64,000 nt of DNA from Octopus vulgaris (taxonomy: Eukaryota): positions 29,140,001 through 29,204,000 of the forward strand of contig OX597831.1 in the NCBI GenBank assembly GCA_951406725.2, given 5' to 3'. Positions 12,666-24,031 of this stretch are shown in pieces. The notes under the pieces are model-generated. The model was not told the origin of the DNA and ran no database searches. It saw only the letters and a list, made by a program, of their open reading frames with translations. How positions within the stretch are numbered: position 1 is the first letter of the stretch; each line of letters opens with the position of its first letter. The position numbers and the translations under genes are program-made.

Positions 12666-13849
12666 ACAATAAAGACAATATACAGAACTGTTTCTACTGC
12701 GCGAATTTTCACCTATAACATAACACCCGTGATAGTTGAGGGATTACTGTATATGCATGTTTCAGGAATTTTTGCTATTTCTTCAGTACTACGTCCAAAC
12801 CATTATCCCTCCATGAACCTGTTGCTTAAATAGCCACTAAATTTAGCAGTGTAACACAATGGGAGATGCCAATTTTGCACATTAAACATATTCCACTTTC
12901 ATAGAAATTTAAATTCAGTTTATTTCATAGACAATTTTCTGTTGTTACTAATCATTATTAATCATTAATGATTAGTTTTACACTGTCATTATTACTTTCA
13001 ATCTGGTATCAGCTATTACCATCATTGTCATTGTTTTAACATCCACTTTTCCAGGCTTGCAAGGATCAAATGGAATTTATTGAGAAAGATTTTCTATGGC
13101 TGGATACCTTTACTGTCACCAACCTTCATCTGTTTCCAAGCAAGGTGCTTGGATATAGATAACTACAGACGCTTAGATGTAGATGACTGGTGATTAGTTG
13201 TGCTCGAGAAGACCTGTTCATCATAACAAAAATGATATCTTAAAATCACCTTACTTATGCATGTACGTATAGGGTGGTGGGTGGCCTCCCCTCCTCTTTT
13301 TCTACTTCATCAAGCATTCCCCATATCTCATCCCTAACTCCCATCACTCCTCTACCTATGGTGCTACACAGCTGCTGTTGGTCACCTCAAGCGCCTGAGC
13401 CCCGGAAGGGAGACAAACCATCTCATCTATTGTAGCCCCTAGTTGGCAGATATAGCGTTCCATCATCAGGGCTGGACATCTCAGCCAGAGATGTTCTGCA
13501 GATTCTCAGCTGCTGTAACCACCTGAAAGCAGAAGGACACACACACAATCATTATCATCATCATCATCATTTCTTTTAATGTCCACTTTTCTATGCTGGC
13601 ACAGGCTGGACCAAAATTCTGTCAAGGCACAGGAGTGGCTGTGTGGTAAGTAGTTTGCTTACCAACCAGATGGTTCCGGGTTCATTCCCATTGTGTAGCA
13701 TCTAGGGCAAGTGTTTTCTACTATAGCCTCGGGCTAACCAAAGCCTTGTGATTGGATTTGGTAGACAGAAACTGAAAGAAGCCCGTATATAAATGGCGTT
13801 AAACGCAGGTGTTATTCAAATTCTTTTACTTCCAACATGTGTTTTCTTC

Positions 13850-13938
13850 ACTTCCTTGAAGAGAAGATTACATTGTTTTACACCATTTTATTCCTTTGGA
13901 ATAATACCAGTGATATCTTCGAAACATGTGTCGGAAGT
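13850..13938 (+). ncRNA. Type I hammerhead ribozyme (C3U variant) in a palindromic Penelope-like insert
   Basis: Stem I ACTTCC/GGAAGT; core TTGAAGA; stem II GAAGAT.../...ATCTTC; GAAA; near-palindromic stem III ACATGTGT; GUC cleavage triplet ending at 13932. Confidence 0.7.
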
Positions 13939-14129
13939 AAAAAGAATTTGAATGACACCTGAGTTTAACTCCATTTATTTATTTATATATATTATACAAA
14001 ATATTTCACATAAACCCGAAATTTCTACCTTTAAAAACAAGAAGTTTTTACTTGTGTGATTTTTTGCTACCCTGGTAACTATTTATATGTTTTTTCCATG
14101 TTAATTGTTAACAAGGAAAAAATACACAC

Positions 14130-14171
<42 letters not shown>

Positions 14172-14174
14172 GGC

Positions 14175-14625
14175 ACATCTGTTGCTCCCTCGCCGTTCTC
14201 AAAAAATAGCGTTCGTAAAAAATTTTATCTCGTTCGGCTTAACAGCCCGTCTTGTTTGTGTTACTATTATTCTCCTTGTCCTGTCTTTTACTGTTTATAA
14301 TTTGCATTGTTGTTACTGTCCTGTTTTTGTTACCATTTTTATCCCTCTGCAAAAAAATCTCAAATTTTATTTAATTTGATTTTCGCGGGAAGGATTGTTT
14401 CATTAAAGTCATGTATCGCCTTGACCTTTGAAACGTGGAGTAGATGAAACAAAGGCGACTGAAGAAGGGGATTTTTCCTTGTTTTGTATGTCCTGTACTC
14501 TATTTTTTCGTTGTTTAAGAAAAATGTCCATTTCCTTGGTTTTGCGTTTATGTTTTCGTTTCTCATTGTGTTCGACGTTTTTTTGGTGTCCTGTACCCAT
14601 ATATGCATGTATATATATACATGTA
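14175..14625 (+). mobile_element. Unclassified interspersed repeat, copy 2, next to (TA)n
   Basis: Homologous to 6640-7045. Confidence 0.7.
14409..14470 (+). ncRNA. Candidate hammerhead ribozyme with non-canonical (pseudoknotted) strand order, complete core
   Basis: TCATGTA|TCGCCTT-GA-CCTTT-GAAA-CGTGG-AGTAGATGAAACA-AAGGCGA-CTGAAGA-AGGGG. P1 has 7 WC bp, P3 6 bp (2 GU) and P2 5 bp (2 GU). CUGAAGA, GAAA and GUA are all in register. Confidence 0.6.
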
Positions 14626-15404
14626 GAGGTATGTACGTACATATATGTATGTATATGTGCATATGTTTTATTTATTTATTAATTTATATATATATATATA
14701 CATATATGTACGCACTTACACACACACACCCACACAAAATCTTTACAATCCACCACAAATTAATGTAAATATAAACATCGCAAAGAAGCACAGAAAGTCT
14801 ATATAAACTGGAATGTAGACACAGCAGGAGAGTGCATATAGCGTATATTGGCAATTATTGATCAGGAAAGGAGAACAGCAGAGTTGGAGATATTTTTAAT
14901 TCGCTGTTTTTTTATTTTTTTTATTTTATTGTATTTTTTCATCGCTATCATCATCATTATCATCATTATTTAATGTCTGTAATAATATTGTATGTTGCAT
15001 ACCATGAGAAGTAAATGTGTATGTGTGTGTGCATGGATGAATATATATCCACGCACACGTGTGAGTGCGTGTGTGTGTATGAATGTATAATAGATACAGA
15101 CATTGACCTGTGTATGCGTGAGTGTGCATAAATATATATTTGTGTGTATGTGTGTGTCTGGCCGTGGAGGAATGTTACTTCGCTTGGAAAGAGATGAGGG
15201 TTGGCAATAGACGAGCATCTATACATAGAAAATCTGGCTCCAAAGACTCCATCCAACCCATGAAAGCATGGAAAAGTGGACACTGAAATGATGGCGATAA
15301 GTACAGGCCCGGCTGCAACCTGGATTCGATCTCACTGCATGACACGCTGACCAAATATCTTCAACAACAGCCTTAGGTTGAGCAATCTGATACACAGTGC
15401 TGAC

Positions 15405-15855
15405 TTGGCTGTGTAGTAAAAAGCAAGCTTCCCAACCACATGATCCAGGTTCAGTGCCACTGCGTGGCACCTTGGGCAAGTGTCTTCTACTATAGCCTCA
15501 GGCCGACCAAAACCTTGTGAGTGGATTTGGTAAACAGAAACTAAAAGAAGCCCATCATATATATATAGATATATATGTATATATGTATATATGTATGCAT
15601 GTATGTATGTATGTGTGTGTGTGTATGTATGTATGTGTGTCTGTGTGTGCTCCCCGCCATCACTGCTTGACAACTGGTGCTGATGTATTTATGTCCCCGT
15701 AACTTAGCAGTTCGGCAAAAGAGACCGATACAATAAGTAGTTGGCTTTAAAAAAAAAACAATCCCGGGCTCGATTAGTTCACCTGAAAACCTTTCAAGGT
15801 GATGCTCCAGCATGGCCGCAGTCAAAGTGACTGAAAGGGGTGAAAGAATAAAAAG
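15405..15855 (+). mobile_element. SINE family A
   Basis: Head, body and tail match the consensus. Further copies lie at about 13626-13787, 17010-17380, 24510-24850, 25565-26125, 40897-41022 and 61825-61960. Confidence 0.85.
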
Positions 15856-15897
15856 AAAGTGCTGCCGTAGAGTAAAGTACTGGAACCAAAAAAAAGG

Positions 15898-15929
<32 letters not shown>

Positions 15930-16089
15930 GAGGCGGCAGGGAAACCCAGTAAGTGATGAGGGTGCTGTGTTGAGGAGGACCTGTCCCACCCAGGCAAGCA
16001 TGGAGAAACTGACACAAAAATGACCATGAGAAGGATTTCATATAAGACCATAGCAAATGCTTTTGAAGGTGACACTTGAATAGTAACAT

Positions 16090-16292
<203 letters not shown>

Positions 16293-16621
16293 GCTACAGT
16301 AGGAAGCTGTATACAGCCAGCCTTGCACAGCTATATCCTGTATCCACCACCACCACCCACACACACACCTTTCCATCTAAGCAACTACACAGACTTAATA
16401 CATATATATATATATATACATACAAAAGGGTGTATATAGCTAATATCCTTCTGTATACCACTAACATGTACATACATACATGCATACATACATACACACA
16501 TGTGTGTGTGTACTTTGGTGATTTGTCCTCTGTGAAGGAGGCAGAAAATGAGTTACATAACATCAATGTATGATTTGATGGAGTTATACATTACAGGCAT
16601 TTTATTCAGGGTTCATTGAGA

Positions 16622-16900
16622 AATGTCGCTAGAAGCTAGGATCACCAAGCATAGATTGGCATATTTCGGTCATATTATGCGGAGAAAATCCCTGGAGAAG
16701 GACATCATGCTCGGAATGGTCAGTGGCAAGAGAGGAAGAGGCCGACCAAGAACCCGCTGGCTTGAAACCATCAAGAGTGATACCGGAATGGACATAGCCA
16801 ATCTGAAAGAAGCGGCCCAGGATAGAACTGACTGAAGGACACTGATCCAACGAGTAACCGAGAGTCGACTTCGACTGAGCGGATAGATATAGATAGATAT
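16622..16900 (+). mobile_element. RTE-clade LINE 3' end
   Basis: Translation RLAYFGHIMRRKSLEKDIMLGMVSGKRGRGRPRTRW is the typical RTE C-terminus, followed by a GATA-like tail. TCATTGAGAAA flanks both sides (about 16613-16623 and 16900-16910) as a likely TSD. Confidence 0.88.
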
Positions 16901-18044
16901 CATTGAGAAAGAAGGGGAAATCACAATGTCCTTGGTTGGCCTTTTACTGTGAAATCAATACAAGACAGCACGAAGATCCATAGGACAACGTTACCAGGGG
17001 AAAACATAGGAGCAGGCTTTGCTGTATGGTAAGAAGACTGCTTCTCAACCACATGGTTCCAGGTTCAGTCCTCAAGCTGACCAAAGCGTTGTGAGTGGAT
17101 TTTGGCAGAGAGAATCTGAACGAAGCCTGTCATGAGTGTGTGTGTGTATGTGAGTGTGTGTGTGTGCATGTTTTTGCCAGATTCCACCACCCCCTGCCCC
17201 AATGCTTGACAACTGGTGTTGGTTTGTTTACATCCTTGTAACTTGGTAGTTCGGCACAAGAGACCAACAGAATAAATACCAGGTTTTAAAAATAAGTACT
17301 GGGGTCAATTTGTTTAGCTAAAACCCTTCAAGGTGGTGCCCTGGCATGGCTGCCGTCTAATGACTGAAACTAATAAACAACAAAAGATGTAAAAAAGATG
17401 TCCAGACTGTCACAGAACATAAAACAGGTACAAACTCCAACCCTCACAGTCTTTACCCTATATGCACAATTATATCTCCTTGCCCCTAACCAAGGCTGTG
17501 GAGCTGAAACAAAAAACTTTGACTCCGACTCCTCTAGTCTTGGCGACTCCGACTCCTCTTTACGTAACTAAGTCGATACAGTTGTCCGACTCATCCCAAA
17601 AGATTGTGCAATTGCTACCACATTTTCACCTTTATCGTGGCGTTTTAATCATAGCCAGTTTATCAGTTATAGCATGATGCTTTAACACTTTCACTATGAA
17701 TTTTCTTAGGAGCCCCACGGGGGGGGGGGTGCAAAAAATAAATGAGAATAAGAAAGTAGCCGATAAACAGATGTAAACAAATATGAATTCAAAACAATCA
17801 CGAGAATCACAAGAGACAATGACACCTAACGGTAGACATTGGAACTACAATGCAATATGAGCTCCGAAAGACCGATAAATAAGACAACTCAACTGATCTC
17901 ATGATTTCGTTCACTAAGCTACACTACTTTATGGTGTGTATCTTAACATTTACTGTACATATATGATTTTATATGCTTTTATTCTTATTTATTGTACAGT
18001 AACATGATTTTACTTGCTTTTAACGGTTTCCTAGTGATTTTACG

Positions 18045-18565
18045 ATTCCAATATTTGCAGTGGACAGACATCATCAGTTTGGAACCCCTATCTTGCTCAG
18101 AACATTGACCTCCTGGAATCTGTCCAGAGACGTGCAACCAAACGCATACCCTCCATCAGACACCTACCATATTCTGAGCGCCTTGTTTCCTTGGGCATGG
18201 ATTCACTGAAGCTCCGGCGTCTGGCGACGGACTTGGTAAACACCCACAAAGTTATCAACCACCTCACCAACAACAACACTGAACACCTTTTTGATCTCCA
18301 TGTGTCTAACACACGTGGACATGCCTACAAAGTCAGAAAACAACACAGCTCCCATGACTTTCGGAAACATTTTTTCACGCTCAGAGTTGCTGAAGCATGG
18401 AATAAACTGCCTGCGTCAGTTGTTGACTGCCATGACACTGCATCCTTTAAGGCCCTCATGCTTTCCAAAATCCGCCGAAACTACACCTGATTATATATAC
18501 ACTTTAGATGAGTTGTAGTGCACCTGAGCACTGTACCCAATTATTATTATTATTATTATTATTAT
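18045..18565 (+). mobile_element. CR1-group LINE 3' end with (TTA)n tail
   Basis: LESVQRRATK...TRGHAYKVRKQHS..FRKHFFTLRVAEAWNKLP is the canonical CR1-group ORF2 C-terminus. Confidence 0.88.
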
Positions 18566-18924
18566 AAAGTCGAGTAAAATGACTTGCCTTCATTTTTATT
18601 TTTTTATATATTATTTTTGAAAACTGACATATAATCGAGAATGACTTAAATCGAAAAGACTTAAGTCAAGGTATGCCTGTATATACAATGAGCTTCTTTC
18701 ACTTCTCGTCTAGTAACTTCATTCCAAAAGCTTTAGTTACCTTGAGGCTATTGTAGAAGAGACTTGTCCAATGAGCTATGCAGTAGGACTGAACCTGGAA
18801 CTATGTGGTTAGGAAGAGAACTTTTTTACCACAGACCCACTGTAACTTTTGAACGACATTTAAAATTGATATTTGGCTGTTAGAAGCTACTATACAGTTT
18901 CTTGATGTTGTTGTATGGTGGAGT

Positions 18925-19305
18925 GGAGGTGCAATGGCCCAGTGGTTAGGGCAGCGGACTCGCGGTCATAGGATCGCGGTTTCGATTCCCAGACCGGGCG
19001 TTCTGAGTGTTTATTGAGCGAAAACACCTAAAAGCTCCACGAGGCTCCGGCAGGGGATGGTGGTGATCCCTGCTGTACTCTTTCACCACAACTTTCTCTC
19101 ACTCTTACTTCCTGTTTCTGTTGTACCTGTATTTCAAGGGGCCGGCCTTGTCACTCTCTGTGTCACGCTGAATATTCCCAAGAACTACGTTAAGGGTGCA
19201 CGTGTCTGTGGAGTGCTCAGCCACTTACACGTTAATTTCACGAGCAGGCTGTTCCGTTGATTCGGATCAACCGGAACCCTCATCGTCGTAACCGACGGAG
19301 TGCTT
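18925..19305 (+). mobile_element. tRNA-derived SINE family C
   Basis: A box TGGCCCAGTGG and B box GGTTTCGATTCCC. Copies lie at 27955-28330 (-), 37080-37272 (-), 56078-56375 (+), 60210-60368 (-) and 60428-60760 (+). Confidence 0.85.
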
Positions 19306-20609
19306 CCATATATGTATGGTGGAAGGGGAAAACGGAACCGAGTAGATGACTGGTACTTTATTTAGAGAGGAACAGCAAAAAGTTAAAGGGGTCTCAATGG
19401 GGGAGATTTTGAATTCAGAACGTTAAAGGAAAGAGTGCTGTTACAAAGTAAGTAATAATGCCAGATATTTTATCCAATACTTTAACGAAATGTTATGGTA
19501 GAAGAATAAGAAGACAAAAGGAGAAAGGTGGTGGGGGGGGGGCGAATGAAAGAGAGAGAGAGAGAATAAGAGAATGAAGAATAAAAACAGTGTTTTAAGT
19601 TATTGGTTGCCATGTCGGCGGCTGTTAGATAGAAGCTATCTTACAACTTCTTAATTGTCTCGATTAAGATAATGAGAAAGAAAGAGAGAGATTGCAAAAA
19701 GCAAGATAAAAAAGAAAAAAACGAATGGTTAGGAAGTTACAGAAAACGTAAAAGAGGAATAGATAGAGAGAGAGAGAATAGCGGTATGACAGATTAGTGA
19801 TGAGGTTTTAAGAGAAGAATGAGAATAACGGTATAATAGATTAAGAGAACGGTATAAAATAGATGTGTGAGTGTGTATGTGTGCATGTATGTACGTAGAG
19901 GGAGTGAAAGAGAGAAGAGAGAGAGAGGAGGAAGTTATTAGAGAATAAGGGAATATGAGATTACAGTTGGGAAGGTAGAGTGAGATGTCGTCTGCCAAAA
20001 TCGATTGTAGAGCTTCTCGTTATGGTTGTTTTGACGTAAGAAAATAGTCGACATAGTGAGATGGTAAGCAGACCATAGAACGACGTTGTTAAATAGGTGA
20101 AGCCAAAAAACATGGTATCTCTTCAATTGTCTTTTTAATAAAAAGAGACATAAGGTGGAACGGGGTATGGAAACGTGAGGGGAATGGAAACGTGACGTTG
20201 TTCTCTCGAGGTGGTGGTGGTGGTAAATGGTGTCGGTAACTGACGTTGCAATAGTGCAGGATGTAGTGTGTTTGTGGTGTAGTAGCTGGTGGTGGTGACG
20301 CTGTTTGTTGTTGTCGTTGCTGCGGTGATGGTGGTTGCGGGTAGTTACTCAGTTCAGAGAGTACATGTTGAATGGTGGTGGTGGTGGTGGTGGTAGTGGT
20401 GGAGGCGATGTGATAGTAAAGACGTGAGGTAGTGAGAACAGGTTGTATGGCGGTGGTGGTGGTGGCGGTGGGTATGTCGTGACGATGAGCGGGATGGTAG
20501 CGATGACACATGTGGTGAAGTGTGATAGCAAGGTTTCCAAAAAATTTCTATCCTCCATTGTCCCCATTCGTAATGGAAACACTAGGAACTGAACTCAATT
20601 CAAAAGTGC

Positions 20610-20961
20610 GGTACAACTTAAGAAGAGTGGTCCCGGTGCGCGCACTCGCGTACTCGCGCTAGCTAGTCGTGACTAGTCGATCCTACGACTACCTAGCAAA
20701 GTAAATAATTTTTTTAAAACAGTCACTTAGCGGTTCGGCAAAAGACACCGATAGAATAAGTACTGGGCTTACTAAAGAATAAGTCCTGGGGTCGATTTGC
20801 TCGACTAAAGGCGGTGCTCCAGCATGGCCACAGTCAAATGACTGAAACAAGCAAAAGAGTAAAGTAAATAAAGCATAAAAAAAGTAAGGATCGACTAGTC
20901 ACGACTAGCTAGCGCGGATGCGCGAGTGCGCGCACCAGGACCACTCTTCTTAAGTAGTACC
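20610..20961. mobile_element. Merlin-like MITE with about 75-bp TIRs, 9-bp TSD and an internal SINE A tail
   Basis: TSD CAAAAGTGC at 20601-20609 and 20962-20970. TIRs read GGTACAACTTAAGAAGAGTGGTCC.../...GGACCACTCTTCTTAAGTAGTACC. GGNRM termini with an 8-9 bp TSD fit Merlin. Confidence 0.8.
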
Positions 20962-21125
20962 CAAAAGTGCACGGTGGAGGTGGGAACAATCCAAGACAAA
21001 CACGTGAGCTGAATCCAGTTAACGATTTTATTGTTGCTGTTGTTGTTGCTTAGTCCAAGTTTAACATAGAAGTAACAACAGCAAGCCACTTGTAGCAAAT
21101 AACACAGCCATAACTCCCCAATATA

Positions 21126-21344
21126 TTGGGTTGTCCGGAAAGTTTGTGCCGATTTATAGCAGCTAATCTTTCGACTTACCCTCCCAGGCACCTCAATTCT
21201 GGGAAAAAGGTATTTTCAAGTTAAAGGAAAGATTGTGCAACAAAATGGTTCATATCTGGTTGATTAAAAATGTAATGGCAAGTATTTATTGACCTTTTTT
21301 TTTTTTTCCTTTAAAAATCGGCACGAACTTTTCGGACAACCCAA
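21126..21344. mobile_element. Mariner-like MITE
   Basis: TA|TTGGGTTGTCCGGAAAGTTTGTGCCGATTT ... AAATCGGCACGAACTTTTCGGACAACCCAA|TA. Confidence 0.85.
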
Positions 21345-23809
21345 TAGTTTGTCTCCCTTGAGGAACAGGTTGGTTAACCTCCGCACGCCGTAATAGGTTA
21401 TTCATGAGGCGCAGTGTTGCTGTTGGGACACATCATATTCTGTTCAATAAGCACACCTTGTTATGTCCTGTTTCCGTGTGAATATGTGGAGTGAGTAGCT
21501 GAGCAGGTGGGTCAGTGTTGTAGTGATATTATTAGAAGTGTTTCAATAGTACTTATTTCCTTACTACCCACAAGGGGCTAAACACAGAGGAGACAAACAA
21601 AGACAGACAAACGGATTAAGTCGATTACATCGACCCCAGTGCGTTACTGGTACTTAATTTATCGACCCCGAAAGGATGAAAGGCAAAGTCGACCTCGGCG
21701 GAATTTGAACTCAGAACGTAACGGCAGACGAAAAACAGCCCAGTATTTCGCCCGGCGCGCTAACGTGTCTGCCAGCTCGCAGCCTTAGCCAGCTCCAGAT
21801 AGAGTAGTGTTGTTAGGGCAGCACTATAATAGCGTTGTTAGTTAGAATGGTGTAGTTGTAATCTTATGAGATGTTAGAATAGTGCTGCACTAGTGTTCTG
21901 CTGTAACAGAGTTGTGATGTATCAGAAAAAGGTGAAAGGGTCAGTGTTGTTAAGATGGTGTTGAAGGTGACTGTGTACGGTCTGTGAGGTTTAGGGTTTA
22001 CTTTGGCAACAACAAACGGTGTGTTACATATGCAGGTGATCTTTCATTTATTTTGTGAATGTAGTCAGCAAAAGTAATTTATGTAGACGTTGCAATGATG
22101 GACACGAAGATATTACATGTTCAGAATTGCTGGTCTAAGTCAAGGGACTCCCAACCACTAGGTTGTGAACCAGTATCAAACCATGAATCATTTGGTCCTG
22201 GCCCAAACAGAAAAAATAAATTTTAAAATTTTATTCCTGTTTTATTGACTGTCACAGTCAGCAGAGTATTTTTGTGTCATATATACATATTATATATATA
22301 TATATATAATATATAATATATGGTATCTATAGCCGGATGCCCTTCTTAACACCAATCCCTTTACAGAGTGTACTGGGTGCTTCTTGTAGTGGCAGCATGG
22401 GTGCTCTTTCACGTGACACCAGCCCAGGTGCTTTTTAAGTGGCATCAGCACAAATTATTTTGCATGGCACCGGCACAGATGCTGCTTACACGATGCCTGC
22501 ACAGGTGCTTTTTACACACACAAACACACATATATGACAGGCTTTGTGCATGTCTTTGTGTCTGTGAATGACACACACCCCACCTTGCTACTTCCCTAAC
22601 AGCTGATGTTGGTTTGTTTACATCCAAGTAACTCAATACAGGGGATGATTTGTTCGCATAAAACCCTTCAAGACTGTGCCCCACCATGGCTGCAGTCCAA
22701 CAACTGAAACGAGTAAAAGAAGATAAAATATGTTCTTGCATAGAAGCAGAAAGAAATGGCATCAAAAGATTTGATGATGTTGATGGAGTGATGTGAAGCC
22801 ATTATGGATGGTATGAGTAAGGCTTGTGAGTAATGTGGGGGAGGAGGTTGTAGTCTGTATCCATGTTGTGAGGGACATAATGGTTTCACATTGTGGCACA
22901 AGGCCAGCAAGTTCAGAGGAGGGGGGGTAAGCTGATTACATCAACCTCAGTCCTCAACTGGTACTTATTTTTTTTTGTCAAAAATTAGGTTAAAAACATA
23001 TGGGAGTTTCTTATACATGGATAGTATTATAATCCCCTACAAAACCTTTTTTCCAAGTTTTAAGCCCCAAAAATTAGGAAGTGCCTTATACATGTTAAAA
23101 TACAGTAATTTCACATTGCTTAAGCCCACTCAGCAGTAAGTAACTCTGCAACAGATTGGCATTCCACTCACAGGGAGCAGAATACTGTAACCCCTGTCAC
23201 TTACACATCAAGGAGACTGAGTAACAGGCCCCAATTTGACTCAGGACACCTGACTCAAATGAATAAGCAAAAAGTTGTGTGATATATTATGTACTTTGTA
23301 TTTTATCGGGGTTTGTTGTAGAGAGATTAAGGGCCCAGGAAGGGATCTATATTTTTGCACACTTTCATTAGGAGCCGACGTGGCTGAGTGTTAAGAAGTT
23401 TGCTTTTCAATCAGATGGTTCTGGGTTCAATCTAACTGCTTGGCACCTTAGCCGAATGCCTTAGGCTGTCCAAAGTCTTGTGAGTGAAACCGAAAAAAAG
23501 CATGTCATATACATGTCTATGTGCATGTGTGTGTGTGTGTGTGCACATATACAGACACACACCTACACATGATAGCTAGAGTAGCTAAAGTGAATAAAAA
23601 TGATAGATTTGGTTGGTTCCAAACTGTAAACTTATTTGCATAAGAGAGCGGTATCTTCATAGGATTGGAGTGTTTGACCAGATAAAGTTAGACATCTCTG
23701 GCTGAGGGTTACCAATTAATTCAGATGCTTTTGTTTATATATCAACCAAAAGAGGAGTGCACATGGTCTTAGCGGACCCTCCAAGACTGGTGATATTGAT
23801 ACTGTTTAA

Positions 23810-24031
23810 CCCTTTCGTTACTGTATTTCTGTTGAGATGCTCTGTGTTTCTTTCAATTACTTTAAAATATAACAAAGAATTTAATAAAATAACTTAGTTA
23901 TCGTTAAGCTATTGTTAGGAACATAAATTGTGACTAAGGTTCGGTGGAAGATTTTAATTCAGAACTTTTGAAAACAAGACATTTGTACTACAGTGCCAGA
24001 GCTGGTTTCAGCCAGGTTGGTAACGAAAGGG
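23810..24031. mobile_element. piggyBac-like MITE
   Basis: TTAA|CCCTTTCGTTAC ... GTAACGAAAGGG|TTAA. Confidence 0.85.

Noticed and set aside
18925-19000. tRNA gene
   Set aside because: A and B boxes are present, but the sequence continues into a multi-copy SINE body, so it is a SINE head.
19480-19622. Strong Kozak ATG on the minus strand (GCCGCCGACATGG)
   Set aside because: The frame runs into low-complexity CT sequence and stops after about 43 codons, with no splice donor.
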